The notes under the pieces were generated by a model that searched no databases, was not told the DNA's origin, and saw nothing but the letters and a program-made list of their open reading frames with translations. The translations under genes and the position numbers were made by a program. Of a stretch of 20,302 nucleotides of DNA, positions 8,821 through 19,790 are shown one piece after another; within the stretch, counting starts at the first letter, position 1; every line of letters begins with the position of its first letter. The stretch spans positions 1 to 20,302 of the forward strand of contig JBHGNT010000572.1 in the NCBI GenBank assembly GCA_043228905.1. The letters are read 5' to 3'. Source of the DNA: Azolla caroliniana. Its lineage: Eukaryota; Plantae; Polypodiophyta.

Positions 8821-11389
8821 GACATATATCGACTTAGTGGTTTAATGGCAAGTGCGTCATTGCTTTGTAAGAAAACATTCTAGTTTCCCTTTAGTCTGCT
8901 TTGCACAAGAAGAAAGATATTTGTAGGTTTAGATGAAGAATAGAAAATGATAGATTTTCTTTCTAGGTCATTGTAAATAAGTAGATTTATACTTTTTTAC
9001 AAATTATCATTTACATACCAACGGCCAAGTGATCCCGTGGATCACTATGCAAACATGCTATAGGTATGTACATTGATGTTTTACAGTATTATTGGAGTGA
9101 CAAGTGGAATGATTTTTTAATAACATAGAATGAGAGATTGGGTTTTTCGGGGAAAGGAATCACAGACTATTCATCAATGTGATTGTGTGCGAAATGTTGA
9201 TGATATGAGGGAAATGATACTACGACTCTATAAATCATTGGCTTGGTTTCCACCTTACGTGTTTCATGCTCTTTTATTTTAAAGTTCACCGTGTGTCTAC
9301 ACAAAAGCTGACTTCTTAGCTTGTGCTTGCTTCAAGGACACCCAAATTGTTTTTAATAAGTCGTAGGCACTTCTAGGTCCATGGGTTCTAGATTATGCAA
9401 ATTTGGATCGATTGTGACATAACAGATAATTATTTGTGACGTTATCTTTAGTTTATCTCATGGGTTGATGGTAAAGGCTCGATTACCTTTCACCCAATTG
9501 ACTTCAATGAAACAAGATTTAATACTTAAATCGACATTGATACCATTAAATCAAGATTATGACACTCTAATAAAAAATCAGAGATTTAACTACTTAAAAT
9601 ACTCAACATGGGCATTGCTACTCCCACCTTAGAGAACATTAAAAAGTTATAATGTGTAGAGCTTGGAAATATTAAATAGTAGTGTTTGCAGCATTTAAAG
9701 AGACACAAGTCAAAAGGCTCCATGCGATGTTATGGAAACGAGGGAACATCACTTTTAAAAAAAATTGTGATCGTGTGATGTCTTTCACTGTCTTTAGTTA
9801 AAAAAATCCATGCTCATGCTGTGTCATGGGGTTAAAACATGAGGTTTGCTTGAAAGATATTATTATCTTCAAATGTCTAGTTTTTCTTTGCCCTACGATT
9901 ATTTTCTCAATGTTAAAATTCTCCAATCATGCACAAGTTGGATGTTTGACATGTAAACCCAATTCACCCTTTTTTAAGATCCCTAGTCACTGTATGTAAG
10001 CTCACCACCTACTTATAACGTGTTCAATAGGAGAGATAGAGAGTACAATAGCCTTTCTAGAAACTTAAGATATAATTAGAGTGTTATGACACCATTTACG
10101 CCACCTTTGAATTGTAGACTTGTAGATTGGAATTTGGTACTACTCATATGATCTAAACATAATGTTAAGAGAATAGTGTTGTACAGTTGAGAAAAGTGAA
10201 AAAACAACATAATAAAATACTTTGATATGGAGATGAATGAACATGCATGTTGTTTTCACCAATGAATTCTCAAAATTTAAGTTGATAATGACTTAAACAT
10301 ATTCTAGAAGCGTAAATTCAATGAATGAAAAGAGAGTCACAAGTGAATATGAGTTGAATGCAATCTACCCAAACATCAAATAGTGCGTATTAGTTGACAA
10401 TTGATATTATTAAACCTTGCGAGATATAATATTATCAACAACACTACAATTTAGATGATCTATTCACGAGCAATAGGAGTGTCCATTTAAGTTATATTGG
10501 ACTCTTTATACTCACACTAAGCATTAATAATTTATAATAGAACTTGTCCTTAGAGCCTCTAGTAAGAGATTGTCCATATAGGGACCATGCTTATCTAAAG
10601 CCTCTTTGGTGTCTCTTTCCACCTCTTGTTAGGCATCAATCAACTCCCTGTACTCTACCTTGCAACATATCACTATAGATGTTGGTAATGTTGTAAGTTC
10701 ATCAATTTGCTTTTATTCTTGAACTATAAATGACTCATAATGTTTGCATGCTAATATCCAATCTTTTGGGTGTATTTTGCATTTGATTTGTTTGTTGATC
10801 CAAGCTAGAATGCTTGGTGGTATTACTAGAACATTTCGTGGATCCATGCAATTGGGTTTTTGAGTGATGATGATATTTGAATTGGCATCACGGATAATTT
10901 TTTAATTATGTTTTGACTTTCTACTTAAGTGGTATCCTTTTCTTTGTTAATAAAGGAATAACATGGACTACACTAGCTATACCCTTTTGTGTTATTGGGT
11001 GTGTTGTTTTTTCTTGTTGGGTTACCAATCCTTCATATTTTATTCAACTAGATCTTTCCCTATGGACTTTTCTCCTTGATGAGGTATTTCTTAATTTTTG
11101 TTGGGTGCGTCTATATCATAATCCTCTTTGTCATCCTTGTAGATATGTGTCCACTATCAATCAACACATTTGTACGTTTCTTAATCATTATATGTTAATG
11201 TGCTTCTTACTAATAGTGTTTTCCATTGCTTTGTTGCATAAGATTCAAAAAGTTGTCTTTTTATACCACATTAGTATTAAGAAACACCCTAAGGTTTTAT
11301 ATGATATATATACATATAGTTAATGACCCCCAAGCTAAGTTCTAATTATTGGCTTAAATAAAATACTTCAGTATAAATTAAAACCAATC

Positions 11390-11610
11390 CACCCATAAAA
11401 TATTCATTTGTTCCATATGGCATGAATTGCAATCGTTACAACTCCTTCTGTTATGTATTACCTTTTATGTTATCCAAAGAATCTATGAGATTATGCACAA
11501 TCTTTGTCCAAATCCTAGAAAGTATTTGGGCAAGTCTTTTGGTCACGTTTTGGAATACCTTCAAACATATGGCCTCTCAAATATACCAAATTGTGATACT
11601 ACTTATACCT
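11390..11610 (-). mobile_element. Degenerate LINE (L1-like) ORF2 C-terminal remnant
   Basis: The minus strand translates as ISSITIWYI*EAICLKVFQNVTKRLAQILSRIWTKIVHNLIDSLDNIKG*. This fits the WxIWxxRxxxVF...IW motif at the 3' end of plant L1 ORF2, with in-frame stops. Confidence 0.6.
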
Positions 11611-13060
11611 AAGTGTTAAGTGACTTAATCTAAGATTTGTACCAATCCTCTTATATTAAAGTCATTAATGATTGACTAATCAAAACATAGTTATTCCTTT
11701 TATGTACTTTCTTGTCTCAATTTAAGTGATTGATTATGTCTTTGGGTTGAGTGAGCAAGCTTCTTAGTCGAGTTCAACATAGTGAGATGAAGCGCTCTTA
11801 AGTGATATATTATGGTTGCTAAAAAGTTGGCAATGATTGAAAACAACTCCAACTTGTGTCATAAAACTAGAGGTAATTGAAGATTCGATCCCACGTTATA
11901 ACCATTGTGAGGAGATAAAACTTTGGCCGAGAAAGGACATGGGTTCAGTGTAATGTACTTAGAGCATAAATGATGATTTGGCATCATGGCAAGGGATGTT
12001 ACCCATCACTTGATGTGATGGGTGAGCTTTTTGTAAGCTCCTAGGGTAAGGGATCATAATAGTAAAACATTAAGAAGTACGCATGAAAGAAAAAAAAATG
12101 TTGAGAACAACGCAACATCCCCGCTCAAGAGTTGAATCGATAGGTGGACACCTTAGTGGCTAAGAAATAATTGGCACCTATCTCTTTTTGTATCATTGGC
12201 AATAAAATAGACACTAGTCTAATCCTTTATCATCGAGGATTCCCAAGTCTAATTCCTTTGAATTGACTCCATCTCCTCTTCATGACGAGGAACCATTTTG
12301 CTATATCTTCAAACTTCACAACTCCTTGGTGGAAGAGTGTTCTCCAACATCCATCAACATCACATTGTCCTTGCTTGGAATGAACCCATTAGATGTGATT
12401 GTTATCTTGACCTTCAAAGTACTTTTTGGAGTGCAAGCTCTTCATAACTTGGTGTATCATTTCCTTAGATCTTTATATGCACTCATTTTACCTCGTAAAG
12501 ATCCTTCGCAATATGAGATGTACTTTTTCTGCATGTAGTGATATGATGCAACTTGTTAGTTTTCTCTTCAATTTTTTTGAAACCTTCTTCATTTAGCTTT
12601 GGTTTGATTGACTAATTCATGTTCACTTTATCAACACAACATGGTCCTAATTATTCAACACAACCTACCAATATGCGGTACTTAATCACAAAAGATTTAA
12701 CTCGACTAGATGAATTGTTTAGGCATGCAACAACTTATACGAAATATTTAATCCCATAAATTCCTTGGCATGATATCATGTGTCATATCCTTACTCCTCA
12801 AGCACACATCAATCATGCTTTCAAAGGTTAATTGCAAAGATATTTCGGCATGCCTATTATCCATTGGTCTCCCCTCACAATCTATTGTCTCTTGCTATGT
12901 TCTTCCTCCACATCTTCATTCTCATGATCCATATCTTATTTGCAATTCCCTATTGATTCATCTGTAACCCCTTACCTATTTGTTCTTCCCTTAGCTCAAC
13001 AATCAACTTGTCTTAACTTTTGCTTTATCATAAAAATCACGACATGTTAGACAAAGCAAG

Positions 13061-13700
13061 TTATGTGGGTGTCATGCCTACCATAAAATACAAAAGCATT
13101 GTGCATATCCCAATTATGACACAATCCTCAAATTTTGGGAAATAACAAACAATCTCCGTCTTTGATTTCGGGTTAACTTGTGTGAATTGTACGAACACCC
13201 ATTGTCTTAGCGACAAATAACAATGTAACAAAACTTGCCAAATTTGAGAAATGTAATACCACAAAGCGATGAGCAATCAGACATTTACTTCTACTCGAAC
13301 AATGTGAAAGAAGCAATTCCGTGTAGCTACTTCACATTGCTTTAGAGCTAATCCCAGAGGCAAACCCCCAATCAATGCTCTCCAAATGAGGACCTTTGAT
13401 ACAGTGGAATTAGAATGCAACTGTAGAGTATTCCAAGATATGCCACTATCCATAATCAAAGTTATGTACCTTCCATTCTTGTTCAACTTAGATGATAACC
13501 ATTGAAGAGACTCAATGGAGCAATGGTATAAGAGATTGGTCGTCACTTGTAAAAATGGCGTTTGATCTCGTAAAAGGAAATCATTCCACAACGTTATATG
13601 TTTGCCTCTCTTCCTCCAAACCAGGCTATGTTGTTGCATTAGCCACTCTGCACATGATTCATGTATAGCGGTAGCATTTCGTACTTTCGAGATCCCCAAA
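13061..13700 (-). mobile_element. Degenerate LINE reverse-transcriptase zinc-binding (zf-RVT-like) remnant
   Basis: ORFs 13277..13807 and 13061..13276 are in one frame and read SKVLIWRALIGGLPLGLALKQCEVATRNCFFHIVRVEVNV*LLIALWYYISQIWQ. This resembles the zf-RVT pattern K..F.WR....LP.G..L......C..C....E...H....C.....IW with decayed Cys/His residues and a stop. Boundaries are approximate. Confidence 0.6.
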
Positions 13701-14093
13701 TGTGTCACACGAGATTGAGAGATGAGGGAAAGGGTAGGATTCCATCCGTAACGGATTACGGTGTCGAAATTGGAAAGTCGGCAGTGCGCTACAAATTGTG
13801 ATGACAAGATTTCTGTATTTGAATGTCTTGATGTTCCAATGGGTGTGCATCGGAATGGGTACGAAAATACGAGTTAAGGGTGATTGATGGTCAGGACCGA
13901 TCAAAGAAGCCGATAATGGGATATAAGTTAGTTGTAATCCTACTGCTAGTTGATTTGCTCACAGATGTGTGTATAGAAATGATATGAAATCTCCTTTCCC
14001 TTTCCCTTATCTAAATGCCAACCCAAAAGAGAGCACCCACCCCCATTTGTTTGTTAATAATGCCTTCTCCCCAACTAAATAAGGCCTTCTTGG

Positions 14094-14131
<38 letters not shown>
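14094..14131. repeat. (CA)n microsatellite immediately upstream of the transporter start codon
   Basis: ACACAC run with one interruption, ending directly at ATG 14132. Confidence 0.95.
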
Positions 14132-14132
<1 letters not shown>

Positions 14133-17100
14133 TGGCTTTCCTCTGTTCTTCTTCCTTACACTCACGCCCTAAATCTTCTCCTTGGCTTGGCCCTAATTCA
14201 TTGCTTGTGCAGCAATCTTCATCCCCTCATCATCGTCAGAAGCAGCAGAAACAACATCACCTCAGTCCCTATCCTGCTCTGTTCTCATCGACCCGATTAA
14301 CCCTGTCTTCTTCCCCGATGATCAACATTACCAAATCATCTTCACGATCTTATAAGGTACGCATCACTGCATCTCTGTTTATATTATTTCTCTCTCTCTC
14401 TCTCTATATATATATATACACATATGAGATGGGGCGGCGGGTCTTTGGTGAGGTAAGTATTGGAAGGTTTTCTCTCTTCATAATTTTGTTTTTCTTTATT
14501 TTGATGCATTTATATCTAACAAAATATGCCTTTGATCAAAAATTTTGGTCAGCCCAAGTGGCATGCTTTATCAAAAGATGACGACGAAGTTTCGGACTCT
14601 GAATCACTTGTTACTTCCTCTAAGATATCTGAAGAGTCTTTCAGCTGGACCGCTGCAATTCTTCCGTATGAAACTTCTTCTTCTTTTCCATCATCTGATA
14701 CACGATACTCATTTAGATTAAGATATAAACAAAACTTTCAGGTTCTTTTTTCCGGCTGTCGGCGGTGCATTGTTTGGATACGATATTGGGGCCACATCTG
14801 GGGCTTTAATCTCATTGACGGTAAACCCTTACTATTTCTATATCAATTTGGATATAATCAAATATTTAGTTTCATAAATATCAATTTTGACCACCTAATG
14901 AGAGATCAATCATAGTTAATATAATTAATGTACTGATCAAAATCATAGCATACTATTCAATAGGACATTTACATCTATTTGGACATATCTATGCATATAA
15001 AGGCACATAAATAACTTAGATTGCTAATCATGTCTTTTGTAACCCGCAATAATGGATGTCAATTCTGAATAGTTTGTAATATCAGTGTAAAATCTCTCAC
15101 CTCACTCTCTTTAGGATGACAGTCTGCTGATTTGAGTGGAATTCCATGGTACAACTTAAGTTCCATTGAGATGGGGCTTGTGGTGAGTTCTTTTTCCTAC
15201 TACATTTTTGTGCTCCATATTAGATGACTAGCCACAGAAAGTGTGATGTCGCAATGTGGTGTCTCACTGTGATGATTATATCTTTTAATGTTTCAGGTGA
15301 GTGGATCTCTTTATGGGGCCTTGATTGGCTCTATATTAGCCTTCAATATATCAGACTCCTTAGGTTCATTCATATATTTTTATAATAAAAATTTGCTCAT
15401 AACCTGCTCATTATTAATATCTCCATCAGGCAAGGACTAATCCATATGGTTTTTATGTTTTTGTTCTAGGTCGGCGCAAAGAGTTGCTAACAGCAGCATC
15501 ATTGTATATTATCGGAGCTTTGAGCACGTCTTTAGCCCCTAGCTTCATACTTCTTTTAGTTGGAAGACTTATATATGGTCTTGGAATTGGTTTGGTACGT
15601 CTTTTTGTTCAATGGGAATTTTTTTTTCCATGTTCGATATTAAGTTTTAAACCTTTTACTTGTCTTTGGGAATTATTTGAAAATAGGCAATGCATGGGGC
15701 ACCTTTATACATTGCTGAGACCTCACCTTCCCAAATTCGTGGAACTCTAGTGTCATTGAAAGAAGCTTTCATTGTGCTAGGCATACTTGTAAGTTGAAGT
15801 GTTGCATTTTTTCATTTTTTGTCATAACTTCAGATCAAATGGCTATACTGCCATATCTTTTGATTAGCTTGGCTATCTTGTAGGGAATGCTGAGATAGGT
15901 ACAATAGGAGGTTGGCGTGTAATGTATGGGTGTGCAGTTCCAGCAGCTTTGTTGATGGGTTTGGGTATGTGGTGGCTTCCACCATCGCCACGTTGGCTTT
16001 TACTCCGTGGTGTCCAAGGGAAGGAACCCTTGGAAATAGCCAAAAGAAATGCGGTACAAGCTTTGTATAAGCTGCGAAAAGGTATTGCAAGTAGCAAGGT
16101 GGTGGAAATGCAAGTGGACAAGACACTCGACTCATTGCAGTCATCTGATGCAAAAGAGGAGCCAAAATTCTCAGAAGTTTTTGAAGGTGGCAGTTTGAAG
16201 GCTCTTAAAGTTGGTGCTGGACTTGTTTTCTTCCAGCAGGTATAGTGATGGATGATATATGAAATTTCCTATTGCATTTATCTTTATGGCGGCAACATTT
16301 TGAAGTACAGAAAATTTGGGCTAATATTTCGAATTTAAGAAAAAATTGAGGGTCTTTGTCTAGTATTACTTTTAATTCATCAGTGAATTTCTTAAAATAA
16401 TGTAAATAGTGTTTCTCCATTGCCAGACATACTTGGTATTGAAATTTCTTTAAAGAGATCCTTCTTGGGATACAGGTAACTGGACAACCGAGTGTGCTTT
16501 ATTATGCAGCATCAATTCTTCAGGTGAATCAAACATGTGCATCATGTCATATATTCTTTTTGTGGATTCTTTGCTATGAAAAATTTAAAGAAGAATGTAC
16601 TAAATTTCCTTTTCCTTTTACAAGAATAGAGTGCAGGCTTTTCTGCAGCTGCAGATGCCACTCGTGTTGCAATCATTATTGGCGTCTTTAAGGTGATAAA
16701 AATACAGGAAAAATAAATGAAAAAATAAAATGGAAAAAGAGAAATGTTGGGTTGATGTTTTGGAGGTCTAGTTTTAATGGGGATTTTTTCTATGAAAAAG
16801 AATTCATAAGGTAACAAAATTAGGGTTTAGGATTATGCTTGGATACATCTACTTTTGGGATCTCTTGATAACTGGTTTTGGTTTGCTGCAATGTTCTATT
16901 CTTGCATATTGTTTTTTTCAATCATACTAAACAATTCTCATCTGAACATATTGATTGCACTTGATGATTCTAAAACTAGGTCATTTGTATGTAAAATTGA
17001 TCAAAAAGAATTTGAATCTGTTTTGGGTGGCACAGTTGCTTATGACAGCGATTGCAGTTTTTAAGGTTGATGACTTGGGAAGAAGGCCATTGCTAATCAC

Positions 17101-18017
17101 TGGTGTCAGTGGTCTCGTAAGTTTTGTTCAGTATTTGCAATATAAAAATTTAAGTTTTCATTACGGTTTATTGTTATAAAATCATAAATTCTGCTGTTTC
17201 TATTATATCTTAGACTATTCTTGAAGAGTTTAACGTGAGGGATGAAGGATAAATCTTGATTTTGGACTGAATGTATCTGATTGTCACGCAGGTGCTTTCT
17301 CTTTTCCTTCTTGGAACATACTATTCAGTGGGCCAAGGATATTCTATATTGGCTGTTATCTCTCTTCTCGTCTATGTCAGCTGCTATCAGGTGAATATGT
17401 AGTACCAATTATAATTTGCAGCTGTTTCTGTAGGAAATTCGTGGTTGCTGATGTGTGTGTATTATGGATGTATCTCTGAGATGTTTATGGGTTAAAAATT
17501 AAGAGAGGAAGGAGCAATTGTATGTGTTACAACTCAAAGTGGTGACACCAATCTTCCGACTTTCTGCTATATAGGTTTCTTTTGGACCAATCTCATGGTT
17601 GATGGTGTCAGAAATTTTCCCTTTACGAACGAGAGGTCGTGCATTAAGTGTAGCCGTCCTTATCAACTTTGCTTCAAATGCTCTTGTTACGTTCGCCTTT
17701 GCTCCCATCCAGGTAGAGCGTTCTACCATGGTGTTTATGATTAATGAAACATAATTTAAAGCTCAAAATCTTTTCAAGACAGTATCGCTTTCATAATGAT
17801 GAGGATAAGAAAACATAGAACTAAACTTAACTTTTTATAAGAGAGGGTAACTTCATGATGTTATGCATTTGAATGACAGGATCTCTTGGGTGCAGCATGT
17901 ACATTCTTTGGTTTTGGTATCATTGGTGTCATTGCACTTTTGTTCATAGTATTTTTCGTCCCAGAAACCAAGGGGCTAAGCTTGGAAGAAATAGAAGCCA
18001 AGATTTCAAAGCTTTAG
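14132..18017 (+). CDS. pSuT: MFS monosaccharide/H+ transporter, VGT family, plastid type (pSuT/VGT3, D-xylose-proton symporter-like 3), about 569 aa (577 with the micro-exon)
   Basis: Manually spliced exons, all GT-AG and phase-consistent: 14132-14356, [14429-14452 optional], 14553-14665, 14742-14820, 15123-15182, 15297-15363, 15470-15594, 15687-15788, 15868-16239, 16476-16523, 16630-16692, 17036-17116, 17292-17390, 17575-17712, 17880-18017 (TAG). Motifs include ESFSWTAAILPFFFPAVGGALFGYDIGATSGA, GLVVSGSLYGALIGS, LGRRKEL, AMHGAPLYIAETSPSQIRG, PPSPRWLL, FFQQVTGQPSVLYYA, AADATRV, VDDLGRRPLL, SFGPISWLMVSEIFPLRTRG and PETKGLSLEEIE. Exon 1 (MAFLCSSSLHSRPKSS...) is Ser-rich with no acidic residues, like a plastid transit peptide. 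Confidence 0.93.
14389..14418. repeat. (TC)n(TA)n microsatellite in intron 1 of the transporter
   Basis: A TC run followed directly by a TA run, ending about 10 nt before the ATG of the 24-nt candidate exon. Confidence 0.9.
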
Positions 18018-18774
18018 AACGTTTGTCTTAGCTAATTAATATGCAGATACGCATATTGACATAATGTGAATGTGAATTGTGAAGATGTTTTCACTTTGTG
18101 CTGTTTATCTGAACATATCAGGACATGTAAATCTCTTCATAAAAGTATTTCTGAGAAGGAAAATTCAAGCATATAGTTTTCATCAATCATCAATTTAATA
18201 AGCCACTCTTCCATACAAAGCTCAATCGAAATCGCTTCTCCACAGATTGTTCCAAATGTACTCGGTGTTGATGTATGAATAAGCAGCATTGGCTCAAATG
18301 TATCAAATTTGTATAAATTGCTTGAGTAGATCATCAGTATGATTAATTCATCTAAATTTGCCTGTTTCTTAGCCTGTTTATGATATTAGTAATGTGTGAG
18401 TGAGTTAATATAATTTCATTCTGCAATGATATAAACCTTTGATGTATGCGTCACATCCTGGATCCTCCTATTTAGAATTATAAAGAGCTTAGACTCTCAT
18501 ATAGAAATAATATGATCTATTACAGAAATATTCTGAGTGGATTTTATGTATGTTCTTAAATGACATAATCTGCATATTCTCTTGAGAAAGGGTGCAAGAA
18601 TGGCACAAGTTTAACAAATGGTAAATGGGTATATATTTATCCTGGTTTTGAAGAAGCAAGATCTATATTGTGATGAAGAATCAGTTGGATGAATATGAAG
18701 CGTCTGAAGGCTTGGATGATTGAAGATCAAACCAGTGAATGGACAAGTAGGTAGCCAAAAATTAGGATGCGTGG

Positions 18775-18868
18775 GCACAAAGTGAGTTTTGATCTAGGTA
18801 CTACACAAGGCACAAAAGTAAGTTTTGACCTAGACCCAGGCACAAAAGTAAGTTTTGACCTAGACCCA
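18775..18868. repeat. 30-bp tandem repeat, two perfect copies plus one degenerate copy
   Basis: AGGCACAAAAGTAAGTTTTGACCTAGACCC at 18808..18837 and 18838..18867. A degenerate copy GGCACAAAGTGAGTTTTGATCTAG starts at 18775. Confidence 0.92.
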
Positions 18869-19790
18869 TTAGGAATATCATAGATCATGCTTTAGCATGT
18901 AATGCATTGTTAATATATTGTTAACCTACAAACAAAATGCTACTATTTGAAGAGAAGTAGTAAAATCAGATCGAATAGGGAAATTTGTATCGACGAAACT
19001 TCAAAGGTATGAGAGTTCTTAGCTAGGTCTTGAACCCATGTGGTATTTTCTTGTTTGAAGTCCATAAAATTTCATCAGCAATTAAGGCAATATCGGTTAC
19101 CATCCATACACGGTTACATGTTTTTAAGATACACGACGATTTTTCTTATTTAACGACGACTAATTTTTTCTTTGACACAAGTTAAGCTTTATGCTTTGGC
19201 AAGCTAACAAATGATCATTTATAATTAGCTATCCTAGATGTCATGCTAATAATTGATCTCAAGCTTACTTGCAAGGGAAGGTTTCATGTTTATGAACTCT
19301 AAAGGAGGGTTGACAAAACTTGAGTCAGCCATCCAATCTCTTGTAGTACAAAGACTTTTTATTGCGGCGGGAAAGTTTTCTTTAGTAATGGTCTCACTTC
19401 CCTCTACATGTGCCATGAAATAATAGCCAAAAGCACTACAAATGCATAGGAATTGAATAGAAACTTAATGCACATTACGTAGTAATGTCTGAAATTTCTT
19501 TTCCCTCCCCTCCCAATCAATAGTTTCCAACCGAGAGAACATTCGGCAAACGGTTTCAACGAACGCGTATACGTTTTTCGCAGCATACACACAATTCAAA
19601 ATTATTGGGCTTGAATGGAGCATATATATTGACAACCTATGGCATTATAGACACCATTGGGTTCGTGACATTGTTCTCCACACAAGGGTGACAAAACGAT
19701 TTCTCGTGTTGTCAACAATCGAAGTTTGTTGGGTGGGGGGTTCAAAGCGGAAGTGAGGTTGGAGATAATAAATTTAGGAGGATAGGAAGG

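Noticed and set aside
9028-9046. Perfect hairpin AGTGATCC-CGT-GGATCACT as a possible Helitron 3' end
   Set aside because: No CTRR terminus at the expected distance on either strand, and an isolated 8-bp stem is not diagnostic.
9461-9496. Imperfect hairpin with a faint tRNA/SINE-like look
   Set aside because: No B box or cloverleaf follows.
10913-12967. Hydrophobic + strand ORFs (10913, 11422, 12263, 12770)
   Set aside because: No recognisable domains or exon structure. They are AT-rich chance ORFs, partly antisense to TE relics.
14015-14131. Upstream in-frame ATGs (14015, 14060) extending the transporter with a THTHTH tract
   Set aside because: The extension reads through a CA microsatellite and would precede the transit peptide. 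ATG 14132 (MAF, good context) is the more plausible start, although the TSS is unknown.
18670-18708. TGATGA...CTGA resembling a C/D box snoRNA
   Set aside because: Only about 38 nt between the boxes, no terminal stem and no recognisable rRNA guide.
18775-18868. 30-bp repeats as a CRISPR array
   Set aside because: The units are head-to-tail without unique spacers, and the DNA is eukaryotic.
19020-19045. Minus-strand GGGTTCAAGACC resembling a Pol III B box
   Set aside because: No convincing A box or tRNA fold. At most a SINE relic that I cannot support.
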